This document shows, piece by piece, positions 27,019 to 38,120 of a stretch of DNA of 64,000 nt. How positions within the stretch are numbered: position 1 is the first letter of the stretch; every line of letters starts with the position of its first letter. Under the pieces are notes generated by a model. That model did no database searches and had not been told where the DNA came from. It was given only the letters and a program-made list of their open reading frames with translations. Origin of the DNA: an uncultured Eggerthella sp. (GTDB lineage Bacteria > Actinomycetota > Coriobacteriia > Coriobacteriales > Eggerthellaceae); the NCBI GenBank assembly GCA_958409415.1, contig CATYMO010000002.1:17547-81546 (forward strand), in the 5' to 3' direction. A program made the position numbers and the translations under genes.

Positions 27019-28065
27019 ATGGCTATTAGATTTGCCGTATTCGGATTGAATCAGGGTTCGAAGATCGCACGCGATGCGAAGAAGAATCCCGATTATGATT
27101 TGGTGGCAGTTGCTGGTTTTGGTCAGCAAGCTGAAGATGTTGCTGCCGAGCTTGAGGTGCCGCTCTATGCGGATTATACCGAGCTGCTCAATGAGGTACC
27201 GCTCGATGCGGTTGCGATCGCGCTGCCGAATGGCCTGCATGTGAGCGCAACCCGTAATGCGCTCGACGCAGGTGTTCGTAATATCTTGCTCGAAAAGCCC
27301 ATTGCCAACACGGTAGAAGAAGCGAACGAGATCATTGCGATGTGCAAGGAGGCAGACGCCACGTTGCTTATCGGTCACCATCGTCGTTCTTCTACAAAGT
27401 ACTTGTTCCTGCGTGATTTTATCGCTTCGGGCAAGTTGGGCGATCTGGTCGGCGTTCAAGCCACGTATGCTATTGCGAAACCCTATAACTATTGGGATGT
27501 GGAATGGCACACGAAAAAGGGTGGCGGTCCGTTCCTCATCAATGCGATCCATGATATCGACGATCTTAACTACACCACCGGCATGAAGGTTACGCGCGTT
27601 TATGCCGCTGCACGCAATACGATCCGTGGTAACGAAGTCGAAGATTCTGCTTCTATCGTGATCGAATTCGATAATGGCGTTACGGCAACCTACTTCATCT
27701 CCGATGGCACGCCGGGTCCGTGGAACTATGACTTGGCTGCTGAGGAAAACCACTTCTTCCAGTGGTGTCCAGGCGAGAACAGCTTGCGCTTCTTCGGCAC
27801 GCAGGGTTCATTCGGTTTCCCGAATATGGATTTCTACCATTATGTTGACGATGATCATTATGGCTGGGCGGAGAAGCTTGTCACGGAGCACTTCGATGTC
27901 GAGAAGAACGACCCGATGACGGCAGAGATCGAGCATTTCGCAGACCTCTGTCTTGGGCGAGAAACGGTACCGCGCTGCACTGGCGAAGATGGCGTTGCAA
28001 CGCTCAAGGTCATCAATGCGATCCTTGAATCAGCGGAGACCGGTAAGCTCGTCGAAATCGACTAA
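27019..28065 (+). CDS. Gfo/Idh/MocA-family NAD(P)-dependent oxidoreductase, host-GC copy
   Basis: Collinear paralogue of 23768-24814 with higher GC and host-like codons. Confidence 0.8.
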   Translation: MAIRFAVFGLNQGSKIARDAKKNPDYDLVAVAGFGQQAEDVAAELEVPLYADYTELLNEVPLDAVAIALPNGLHVSATRNALDAGVRNILLEKPIANTVEEANEIIAMCKEADATLLIGHHRRSSTKYLFLRDFIASGKLGDLVGVQATYAIAKPYNYWDVEWHTKKGGGPFLINAIHDIDDLNYTTGMKVTRVYAAARNTIRGNEVEDSASIVIEFDNGVTATYFISDGTPGPWNYDLAAEENHFFQWCPGENSLRFFGTQGSFGFPNMDFYHYVDDDHYGWAEKLVTEHFDVEKNDPMTAEIEHFADLCLGRETVPRCTGEDGVATLKVINAILESAETGKLVEID

Positions 28066-28200
28066 GACACTTTCCTTTACTTCAATACAGCAGGAAAAGG
28101 CTCTCTTCGGGGAGCCTTTTCCTGTTTCGCGTTGTTTTTTCGTACTCGTGTGGCTTGCGGCAGACGCGATTGAATTCCTGGGCTATAATAATCACGTTTT

Positions 28201-28277
28201 GCGCCCATAGCTCAGCTGGATAGAGCAGTGGACTTCTAATCCAAAGGTCGTAGGTTCGAATCCTACTGGGCGCGCCA
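28201..28277 (+). tRNA. tRNA-Arg (anticodon UCU)
   Basis: GCGCCCA acceptor, D-loop AGCTCAGCTGGATAGAGC, anticodon loop CTTCTAA, TPsiC GGTTCGAATCC, CCA encoded. Confidence 0.85.
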
Positions 28278-28432
28278 TGAACATTCTCTGCCTGCTTCGA
28301 GCAGGCTCTTTTTATCATGTATGTTTGTCATGGTAAACTTTATTTCATTGACACTGCTCATAATGCTGATAACATATGAACAGATGCTCATATGTAAGCT
28401 ATTAGAATAACGCTTTAGTAAAGAGGAACCGT

Positions 28433-30673
28433 ATGGAGCAAACGATAAGAATAGCGATCGATGGTATGCACTGTGCGAATTGCGTGGCTAATGTCGAGAA
28501 GCATTATCGTGCACTGCCAAGCGTTTTCGACGTCGCGGTCAATCTTGCGAACAACACGGGGCGTGTGACGTTCGACCCTTCTCAGGCGAGCGTGGATGAC
28601 ATGCTGAAGGTCTTCGACGATCTGCCCTTTACGGCAGAGCTTATCGCCGAAGATGTGCCCTTGGTCGATGAGAAGCGACGCGCGAAAGAGGCAGCGGAGC
28701 GCAAGCACGACCTCAAGGTATTCGTGGTATCTGCCGTTCTTACCGTGATCATCTTCTCGATCGGCATGATCCCTGGCTGGCATATGGCAGTAGGTCACTT
28801 CATCGCAAGCGCTTTCTTCGGCAGCGCAGCAACGCACGTGCAAGCGATGTTTGCAGGCAATATCCTGCTTCTCGTGCTCACGCTGCCCGTGCAGTTCGGC
28901 TGTGGCTCACGTTTCTATAAGGGCGCATTCGATTCTCTGCGCAGTGGGAGCGCGAATATGGATGTGCTCGTTGCGCTCGGTACCACGATCGCGTTTCTCT
29001 TCTCGCTTTGGATCACGTTCTTGCCGGTCATTACGAACAACTGGAGCGATGCTGAAGTGGCTCTCGCTATCAATGAAGGTATGCCTTATTTCGAAACGTG
29101 CGCGATGCTCATCACGTTCGTTTTGCTCGGAAAGATACTGGAGACGCGCGCAAAGGGAGCGACCAACCAGGCGATCGAGGCGCTCATCAACCTTACGCCG
29201 CCGACAGCGCAAGTGCGGCGCGGTGGTGCAGTGGTAGAGATCCCGCTTGCCCAGGTGGTCGTAGGAGATAGCGTGCTCGTCGGGCCAGGTGAGAAGGTGG
29301 CCGTCGATGGGGAAGTGATCAGAGGATCGACCGAGATCGATGAATCCATGCTCACTGGTGAAGCGCTGCCAGTGACGAAGCAGCCAGGCGACAGCGTTAC
29401 GGGCGGTACAGTGAACACCACAGGCGCCATCACCGTGCGCGCGTTGCGTGTGGGAAGCGATTCGACGCTTGCCCGCATCGTTCGCGCCGTTGAGGATGCG
29501 CAGGGCTCGAAAGCTCCCGTGCAGCGCTTGGCGGACAAGATCGCGTCGGTCTTCGTGCCGTGTATCCTCGGAATCTCTCTCATCACGTTCTGCATCTGGT
29601 TCTTCTTCGTTCCGCCAGCTGGTGCGAATACGCTGCTCACGCAGTCCCTTTTGCCTGCGATCGCGGTCATCGTGGTTGCGTGCCCCTGCGCGCTTGGCCT
29701 TGCAACGCCAACTGCGCTCATGGTAGGCATGGGCAAAGGCGCTCAGCTGGGTATTCTTATCAAAGATGGTGAAGTGCTCGAACGTCTTGGAAAGCTTGAC
29801 GCAGCGGTGTTCGACAAGACCGGTACGATCACGGTGGGAAAACCCCAGGTAGTTTCGTGCTCGCTCACGCCCGAGAACCTTCGTCTTGCCGCTGCGCTCG
29901 AAACGAAGAGCGAGCATCCGCTTGCCCGCGCAGTCGTTGAATACGCTCAAGCACGCGGACTGGTGCTTCCTTCAGTAAGCAACTTTCGTGCGCTTGTCGG
30001 CGAAGGTGTCGAAGGCGAAGTCGAGGGGCATCAGGTGAAGGTTGGCTCTTTGGTGTTCATTGATGGTGCTGAAGTGGGCGGATTCGAGTTCTCGGACGAA
30101 GCCAAGCCAGATGCCAAGCAGACGATCGAGACGCTGGAGCGAAACTACGGCATTACGAGCTATATGGTTACGGGCGATAATGCTGCGCAGGCTGCGCGCA
30201 TCGCTTCTGAGGTTGGTATCGCGTCAGATAACGTGTTCGTGGGGGTCAAGCCGCTTGAGAAAGCGGAATGCGTTGAAGCAGTGAAGGCATCGCTTGAAGC
30301 AGCCGACTTGCGCGCCAGTTCAAAGCAAAGCACGCAAACGGTTGCCTTCGTAGGGGACGGCATCAACGACGCACCGGCACTTGCCGCAGCAGATGTTGGC
30401 GTCGCGATGGCGTCGGGCACGGATGTCGCACTCGAGGCAGGTTCGGTTGTGCTCATGCGCAATCACCTGCGCGATCTGGTCACTAGCCTGCGGCTTTCGA
30501 AGGCCACCATGCGCAAGATCAAGCAGAATCTGTTTTGGGCGCTCATCTATAACTGCATCATGATCCCGCTTGCGGCGGTGGGCATCCTGGCTCCTGCGCT
30601 TGCGGGCGCGGCGATGGCGCTCTCGAGCGTGACGGTCGTTTGCAACTCCCTTCTTCTGAAGCGTTTCAAGTAG
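28433..30673 (+). CDS. copA: Copper-translocating P1B-type ATPase
   Basis: N-terminal HMA domain (GMHCANC), TM CPC motif ([10 protein letters not shown]), DKTGT phosphorylation site, GDGINDAP hinge. Confidence 0.9.
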   Translation: MEQTIRIAIDGMHCANCVANVEKHYRALPSVFDVAVNLANNTGRVTFDPSQASVDDMLKVFDDLPFTAELIAEDVPLVDEKRRAKEAAERKHDLKVFVVSAVLTVIIFSIGMIPGWHMAVGHFIASAFFGSAATHVQAMFAGNILLLVLTLPVQFGCGSRFYKGAFDSLRSGSANMDVLVALGTTIAFLFSLWITFLPVITNNWSDAEVALAINEGMPYFETCAMLITFVLLGKILETRAKGATNQAIEALINLTPPTAQVRRGGAVVEIPLAQVVVGDSVLVGPGEKVAVDGEVIRGSTEIDESMLTGEALPVTKQPGDSVTGGTVNTTGAITVRALRVGSDSTLARIVRAVEDAQGSKAPVQRLADKIASVFVPCILGISLITFCIWFFFVPPAGANTLLTQSLLPAIAVIVVACPCALGLATPTALMVGMGKGAQLGILIKDGEVLERLGKLDAAVFDKTGTITVGKPQVVSCSLTPENLRLAAALETKSEHPLARAVVEYAQARGLVLPSVSNFRALVGEGVEGEVEGHQVKVGSLVFIDGAEVGGFEFSDEAKPDAKQTIETLERNYGITSYMVTGDNAAQAARIASEVGIASDNVFVGVKPLEKAECVEAVKASLEAADLRASSKQSTQTVAFVGDGINDAPALAAADVGVAMASGTDVALEAGSVVLMRNHLRDLVTSLRLSKATMRKIKQNLFWALIYNCIMIPLAAVGILAPALAGAAMALSSVTVVCNSLLLKRFK

Positions 30674-30804
30674 CGCGAGGCTGCCTTCGCGAGGCATACG
30701 CCGTTTCGCCCAGAAAAACGCAGATTTCACCTGCCTGGGGCACGAAAGCGCGCGAAGAGATATACAATAATCTTTTCGTTTGAAACAACCTTCAAGGAGG
30801 ACGC

Positions 30805-31797
30805 ATGTCGTACGCGCTTTCAGGTAGGCATTTTCTCAAATTGCTCGATTTCACCTCAGAGGAGATCGTTGGCCTCGTCGATCTGGCTCAAGATCTCAAG
30901 GAAAAGAAGCATGCAGGCATCCCGCATCGCTATCTTGAAGGCAAGAACATGGTCCTCATCTTCGAGAAGACCTCCACGCGTACGCGTTGTTCGTTCGAGG
31001 TAGCGGGTCACGATCTGGGTATGGGTGTTACCTATCTCGATCCATCCGGTTCGCAGATCGGCAACAAGGAATCGATCAAGGATACTGCGCGCGTACTCGG
31101 GCGCATGTTCGATGGCATCGAATATCGCGGCTATGGGCAAGAGATCGTCGAAACGCTCGCGGAGTATTCTGGCGTGCCTGTGTGGAACGGTCTTACCGAC
31201 GAATTTCATCCTACGCAGATGATCGCTGATTTGCTCACGATCCGTGAGAACTTCGGCGATTTCCAGGGTCTCAATCTCGTCTTCATGGGCGATGCGAAGA
31301 ACAATGTGGCGAATTCGCTCATGGTGGCCAGCGCGAAAATGGGCATCAACTTCACGGCGTGCGGCCCAGCGGAATGCATGCCTAGCGATGAGCTGGTGGC
31401 AATCTGTCGCGCGATCGCTGCAGAGAACAACTGCGAGATCCGCCTCACTTCCGATGTGGAAGAGGGATGCACGGGTGCGAACATCATCTATACCGATATT
31501 TGGGTCTCGATGGGTGAGCCAGCAAGCCTCTGGGAAGAGCGCATCCGCTTGCTTTCTCCGTACCAGGTGAACGCGAAGGTTATGGCAATGGCTGCTGATA
31601 ATGCGATCTTCCTGCATTGCTTGCCGGCATTCCACGACACTGACACGTCGGTCGCACAGGATATCGAGGCGCGCTTCGGCCTTACCGAGATGGAAGTGAC
31701 CGATGAGGTGTTCGAATCTGCCCAGTCGAAGGTTTTCGACGAAGCAGAGAATCGCATGCACTCGATCAAGGCGATCGTGCTTGCTACGCTGGGCTAG
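30805..31797 (+). CDS. argF: Ornithine carbamoyltransferase
   Basis: STRTRCSFE carbamoyl-phosphate motif and HCLPA ornithine-binding motif. Confidence 0.9.
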   Translation: MSYALSGRHFLKLLDFTSEEIVGLVDLAQDLKEKKHAGIPHRYLEGKNMVLIFEKTSTRTRCSFEVAGHDLGMGVTYLDPSGSQIGNKESIKDTARVLGRMFDGIEYRGYGQEIVETLAEYSGVPVWNGLTDEFHPTQMIADLLTIRENFGDFQGLNLVFMGDAKNNVANSLMVASAKMGINFTACGPAECMPSDELVAICRAIAAENNCEIRLTSDVEEGCTGANIIYTDIWVSMGEPASLWEERIRLLSPYQVNAKVMAMAADNAIFLHCLPAFHDTDTSVAQDIEARFGLTEMEVTDEVFESAQSKVFDEAENRMHSIKAIVLATLG

Positions 31798-31883
31798 AAC
31801 GTCCTGTTCAACATAAGTTCAGTGCCTGAAGAGGGAAGTGACTCTGCGGGCGAATCGATAGGAAAGAGAGAGGGAAGATCCGC

Positions 31884-33602
31884 ATGACGGTTCGTGAATC
31901 TTTGGAAGAGGTAGTAGGCAGCGCGCTTGCTGCGTGCGTGAACGATGGGAGCCTTGCGCTTGAAACGGTGCCTGAGCCAAGCCTTGAGCGCCCGCGTGAA
32001 GAAGCGCACGGCGATTGGGCGTGCACGATCGCAATGCGTCTTGCGAAAGTTGCCCACAAGAACCCACGCGAGATCGCCCAGATCATCGTCGATCATCTTC
32101 CGGAAAATGCCATCATCAAAAGCGTGGATATCGCTGGTCCTGGTTTCATCAACTTCACGCTCGAACCTTCTTCTTTCCAAGCAGTAGTGCGCACGGTGCG
32201 CGATCTCGGGGAAGAATACGGCAAGTCTCAGCTCACTGTTCCTTGCAAGGTGAACCTTGAGTATGTTTCTGCGAATCCCACCGGCCCTATGCACGTGGGT
32301 CATGGTCGTTGGGCGGCGCTCGGTGATTCGATGGCGCGCGTCATGCGTCATGCGGGGTATGCGGTGGATGAAGAATTCTACGTGAACGACGAAGGCAACC
32401 AGATGAACGTCTTCGCTGATTCGCTCGTGGTGCGCTATCAGCAGTTGCTGGGCGAAGCGGTCGAGATGCCTGAGCAATCCTATGGTGGCGCGTACGTGAA
32501 GGACCTTGCGCAGACCATCGTCGATGCTGATGGTGACAAATGGCTCTTCGTCGATCCCGATGAGCGCAGGCAGGCGTTTAGAGAGCGCGGCTATGCAGCC
32601 ATGATGGAATCGGTGCGCGATACGCTTGAGCTCTTCGGTACGCAGTTCGATACCTATTTCTCTGAGCATTCGCTCTTCATTCCCGGTGAAGACGGCAAGA
32701 CAAAGGTCCAGCATGCCTTCGATGCCATGAACGAGCGCGGCTACATCTATGAAAAGGATGGCGCAACGTATTTCAAATCGAGCGAATTCGGCGACGAGAA
32801 GAACCGCGTGCTCATCAAGCAGAATGGCGAGCTCACGTATTTCATGAGCGATGTTGCTTATCACTATGATAAGAAGCAGCGCGGCTACGATCTCTTGATC
32901 GATATTTGGGGCGCCGATCACCATGGCTATATCCCACGTTGCCAAGCGATGATGGCGGCATGGGGCTATCCGAACGATCTTGAGGTAGTGCTGGGCCAGC
33001 TGGTGAATCTCTACCGCGATGGCAAGGCGGTGCGCATGTCGAAGCGCACAGGCGAGATGATCACCTTCCGCGAGCTCATCGATGAAGTGGGCGTTGATGC
33101 AACACGTTATCTCATGCTCTCGCGCTCTTCCGATCAGCAGATTGATTTCGATATCGAGGTTGCGAAGAAACAAGATGCCACGAACCCTGTCTATTACGTG
33201 CAGTACGCGCATGCACGCATTTGCTCGATCCTACGTAAGGCAGCTGCTGAAGCGGGCATCGAAGACTGGGAAGCGCTTTCGCCTGATGAATTGGCTGCGA
33301 AGCTCAATTTGGATGATGCGAAGCTCGAGTTGCTCACTCATGAATCGGAGCTCGCGCTCATGAAGGCGATCGATGGCTTCACCGATCTGGTGGCAGGTGC
33401 AGCGCGCGACCGTGCGCCGTTCCGCCTAACGCACTATGCTCAAGATCTTGCTGGTCTCTTCCATTCGTTCTACACCAATTGCCGCGTGCTGGGCGAAGAG
33501 GCGGAGCTTACTAAGGCTCGCTTGGCGTTGGTGGATGCGGCACGCATCAATCTTGCACAAACACTCGGCTTGCTCGGTGTTTCTGCTCCAGCTGTTATGT
33601 AG
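31884..33602 (+). CDS. argS: Arginine--tRNA ligase
   Basis: Class I motifs (PTGPMHVGHGR, KMSKRTG) and C-terminal DALR anticodon-binding domain. Confidence 0.9.
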   Translation: MTVRESLEEVVGSALAACVNDGSLALETVPEPSLERPREEAHGDWACTIAMRLAKVAHKNPREIAQIIVDHLPENAIIKSVDIAGPGFINFTLEPSSFQAVVRTVRDLGEEYGKSQLTVPCKVNLEYVSANPTGPMHVGHGRWAALGDSMARVMRHAGYAVDEEFYVNDEGNQMNVFADSLVVRYQQLLGEAVEMPEQSYGGAYVKDLAQTIVDADGDKWLFVDPDERRQAFRERGYAAMMESVRDTLELFGTQFDTYFSEHSLFIPGEDGKTKVQHAFDAMNERGYIYEKDGATYFKSSEFGDEKNRVLIKQNGELTYFMSDVAYHYDKKQRGYDLLIDIWGADHHGYIPRCQAMMAAWGYPNDLEVVLGQLVNLYRDGKAVRMSKRTGEMITFRELIDEVGVDATRYLMLSRSSDQQIDFDIEVAKKQDATNPVYYVQYAHARICSILRKAAAEAGIEDWEALSPDELAAKLNLDDAKLELLTHESELALMKAIDGFTDLVAGAARDRAPFRLTHYAQDLAGLFHSFYTNCRVLGEEAELTKARLALVDAARINLAQTLGLLGVSAPAVM

Positions 33603-33779
33603 CTTGTACACAGAGAAGTTTTTGCAAGGCAGCGGATCGCGCTCGGACAGAGGCTCACAGATTCGTTGCTTTTCCCTTTTCCATTCGCCTGTAAGTTCGT
33701 TTCGTTGAAGCGCTGCATTGTTACATGCATGTTAAAGCTCGATGGCTCGGTCTTTTCCATCTTTTGAACATTTGGTTAA

Positions 33780-35144
<1,365 letters not shown>

Positions 35145-35216
35145 TCTTAAGTCCTGCTTCAAGCGCACTAAAGCACACGCATCTTGGTTGCGCGGTGCTC
35201 ATAGAGCAACTAGGGT

Positions 35217-35250
35217 AATAAAGCTCCCTGATCTGGGGAGCTTTATTCGT
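35217..35250. terminator. Bidirectional rho-independent terminator between convergent gdhA and a lipid-kinase gene
   Basis: Hairpin ATAAAGCTCCC / GGGAGCTTTAT with flanking A/T runs on both sides. Confidence 0.55.
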
Positions 35251-35286
35251 GTTCGAGAGGTTTCTAATCGGCTGCTTCGAGCAGGA

Positions 35287-36219
35287 TCATCTTGTGGTGT
35301 CTTCAAGCTTGAGAACTGAAAGAGCTTCAGGTATGAGCGAGATATCGTATTCGTAAGCGGGGATCGGTTCACCGTCAACCTGAGCAGGTACGATATCCTT
35401 GAAGGTGATCTTGATATCCTTCCCAGCAAGGAAGTGGATATGGGGGTCGTGTATGTGCTTGCCATCCTTCGCCCTCATGAACAGGCGCACTGCCTCGAAC
35501 TTCGAGAGCGGGGGAGCGGCATAGCAGATATCGAACATGCCATCATCAAGCTTGGCTTGCGGGCATATCTTGAATCCGCCGCCATACGTTTGACCGTTTT
35601 GAATAGCGAACGTGTAGAACGTGAGATCGTCATAAGATTTTCCATCGACCACGATCTCGGCAGAGATGGCATTAAGATGGTTCTTGATCTGATTGAAGCC
35701 GCTTTCGATATAGAGGATCGTTCCGGTCTTGTTCGTTTTCTTGCGGCGCTCCATCGTTTCGAGTGCGATCGCTGCATCCACGCCGAACGAGAGCGTTTCG
35801 CAGAAGTAGGTGTCGTTGACCTTACCGATGTCGATGGTCTTCTTCTCGAGGTTGGCAAGCTTGTCGAGCACTTGGAGCGGGTTGAGCGGAAGGTTGAGGC
35901 TCCGGGCGAAATCGTTCCCTTGCCCGGCAGGGAAGATGCCAAGTGTGGGGCGCTTCTCTTTCTCGATCTGCATGAGACCGTTCACCACTTCATGCACCAG
36001 CCCATCTCCGCCGAGCGCGAATATCGTGTCGAAATTCTCGCCTAGTTCATGTGTGATGATGACCGCATCGAGCGGATGGGTGGTCTCGATCACCTCGAAA
36101 TAATGGCCACGGGTAACATTGGTGATGCTCTTGAGCAGATGCGCGATCTCTTCGCGCGCATGACGTGCGCGCCCGCTTTGCGCCTGAGGATTAACGATCA
36201 AAAGGGTATTTCCGAACAT
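35287..36219 (-). CDS. Diacylglycerol-kinase-family lipid kinase (YegS/DagK-like)
   Basis: DAGK catalytic-domain motifs (LLIVNPQAQSG…, GGDGL/T). Confidence 0.75.
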   Translation of the reverse strand: MFGNTLLIVNPQAQSGRARHAREEIAHLLKSITNVTRGHYFEVIETTHPLDAVIITHELGENFDTIFALGGDGLVHEVVNGLMQIEKEKRPTLGIFPAGQGNDFARSLNLPLNPLQVLDKLANLEKKTIDIGKVNDTYFCETLSFGVDAAIALETMERRKKTNKTGTILYIESGFNQIKNHLNAISAEIVVDGKSYDDLTFYTFAIQNGQTYGGGFKICPQAKLDDGMFDICYAAPPLSKFEAVRLFMRAKDGKHIHDPHIHFLAGKDIKITFKDIVPAQVDGEPIPAYEYDISLIPEALSVLKLEDTTR

Positions 36220-36440
36220 GAGAGGATCCTTTCAGCGCGTTTTGATTGGGCAGTGCACAGCACAGGAGTGGCTGCTGAAGCAGCTGGTATACAATCAATA
36301 GTAAAAGATTCATCCTTTAAAATAGCTTTTAGCAGCATCGGTAACTGAATTGACACGTTGCGAAAAGGGGCACGAAAAGTAAGCTCACATGCTTTAAAGC
36401 GAAGAAAGGGCTGGCTCCTGCTTCGCGCCATCATCATGTT

Positions 36441-37649
36441 TTGGAGAAAGACAGAGATATGACCAACGAAGAGAACACTACGAATACAGGCGTACGTAAA
36501 GCACAGGAGCGTTTGCATATCGACAACACAACGAAAAGCGGATTCAATGCGCTCGATTCGATCGGGAAGAGCGATTGGTCGCAGACAAGATGCTTCACGT
36601 ATGTGGCAAGCGACGGTTCTCAAAAGAAGCTTCCGATCGTCTACCCTGAAGTCAGCTATGTGACGAACTTCCTCTTGAATGAGGATCTTCCTGGCATCTT
36701 CCACAGCAGCTTCTCGATCGATAACTTCTACTTCGCCGATCGTATCGATGAGTTCGCGGTCGTTGATCCTGGGGTCAGTGCTTTATTCGTTGATGTTGGG
36801 GCGTATGATCTGTGCGGTGTTGAATTCTTGGATGAAGCGCTCGCACGTACGGGCACGGCCTGGGAAGATGCGAACGTCTTCCTTACGCATTCGCACGATG
36901 ATCACGACGGAAACCTTGCCTATTGCTTGGACCGTGGGGCAAAGAAGGTCTTCATGAAAGAGCTTCATCAGTTCGGTCCGAATGCGGTACAGGAGATCCT
37001 CACACAATGGGGCGTAGCGCGCGCAGGGGAGAGCGAGTTGTCTTTCTATATCGAGCGTTTGGTCAATCGCTACGAACGGTTCAAAGGGTATGAGGATCGG
37101 ATCACCTTCGTTTGCGATGGAGATGCGATCGATGTGGGTGATTATCATCTTGAGGTCATCGAAACACCTGGTCATACAGCATCGCATCTCTGCCTTATCG
37201 AACGCGAGAAGGGAATTCTGTTCGCAGGTGACCATGTGCTCGATACAGCACCCGGGATCATGTCCTTCACCGCTGATGTTCGCCAGCTCCAACGCTTCCT
37301 TGCGAACCTTGCGTATCTGAAATCGCTCGATCTTGAGCGCGTGTTCATGTGCCATCATGAGCCGCTCATCGGCGCGCCGACCATCAACGCATTCATCGAG
37401 AAGATCATCGCAAGCTACGATCGACCGATCAACAAGATGTTCACGATGCTCGAGGTGGAAAACCCGCTTACGGTAAATGAGCTGGCGCAGAAGTACTACT
37501 TCTATCTGCCCAGTTGGGACGACCAGCCTCCGATCCTCCAGGTGCGCCGCCTTGCGATCGCCTTCTCATATCTTGAGTATCTCTACGATATGGGAAAGGC
37601 AGAGCGTCAGGTCACTGAAGACGGTGTACTGCTTTACGCGCTCAAGTAG
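36441..37649 (+). CDS. MBL-fold metallo-hydrolase (second, ~400 aa)
   Basis: THSHDDHDGN (HxHxDH) motif with a C-terminal extension. Confidence 0.7.
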   Translation: MEKDRDMTNEENTTNTGVRKAQERLHIDNTTKSGFNALDSIGKSDWSQTRCFTYVASDGSQKKLPIVYPEVSYVTNFLLNEDLPGIFHSSFSIDNFYFADRIDEFAVVDPGVSALFVDVGAYDLCGVEFLDEALARTGTAWEDANVFLTHSHDDHDGNLAYCLDRGAKKVFMKELHQFGPNAVQEILTQWGVARAGESELSFYIERLVNRYERFKGYEDRITFVCDGDAIDVGDYHLEVIETPGHTASHLCLIEREKGILFAGDHVLDTAPGIMSFTADVRQLQRFLANLAYLKSLDLERVFMCHHEPLIGAPTINAFIEKIIASYDRPINKMFTMLEVENPLTVNELAQKYYFYLPSWDDQPPILQVRRLAIAFSYLEYLYDMGKAERQVTEDGVLLYALK

Positions 37650-37710
37650 AGGACTTGCAATAAGCAGGAAGGCAAAAGAAAAGGCTGGGGGAGACCAGCC
37701 TGAAAGTTCA

Positions 37711-37786
37711 TGGTGGATCGTCGGGGACTCGAACCCCGGACCTTGGGATTAAGAGTCCCCTGCTCTACCAACTAAGCTAACGATCC
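37711..37786 (-). tRNA. tRNA-Lys (anticodon CUU)
   Basis: Reverse complement GGATCGTTAGCTTAGTTGGTAGAGCAGGGGACTCTTAATCCC…GGTTCGAGTCC…CCA; anticodon loop CTCTTAA. Confidence 0.85.
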
Positions 37787-37888
37787 GTTTCGTATGTATG
37801 TGCGTTTGTGCGCTTTGCTATTTTAGGCTATCGACCGAAGTCGCACAAGCAAAAAATAGAGCAGCTCCACAAAAGCTCAAAAAGCGCG

Positions 37889-37963
37889 CTGGGGTGGATG
37901 AAGGGACTTGAACCCTCGATCTCCAGAGCCACAATCTGGCGCCTTAGCCAACTAGGCCACACC
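37889..37963 (-). tRNA. tRNA-His (anticodon GUG) with the extra 5' G(-1)
   Basis: Reverse complement GGTGGGTGTGGCCTAGTTGG…; anticodon loop TTGTGGC; G(-1):C73 pair; CCA encoded. Confidence 0.85.
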
Positions 37964-38120
37964 CACCATATGCGCAGAAAAGATTATATAGAAATAATCT
38001 GCTCTTGCAAGTAAAGATGGGAAAACTTGTGAATCTTACGCAGCGGACGGATTAAACCAGCGAATCGGTGGCTTGTTTCGTTAGTATAGAAGGTAGTCGA
38101 CGCAAAAGAAGGATAGATCT

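Noticed and set aside
22600-28200. Canonical tRNA-targeted integrative genomic island or prophage
   Set aside because: No integrase, recombinase, transposase, phage genes or flanking direct repeats were found, and the flanking tRNAs face the segment with their 5' ends. The segment is therefore reported only as a compositionally atypical region with a xenologous gene pair.
28907-31761. Minus-strand ORFs antisense to copA (347 aa) and argF (301 aa)
   Set aside because: High-GC artefacts overlapping genes with definitive catalytic motifs on the + strand.
35434-36045. 203-aa + strand ORF inside the minus-strand DAGK-family gene
   Set aside because: The minus-strand product has the DAGK catalytic motifs; the + strand ORF is an antisense artefact.
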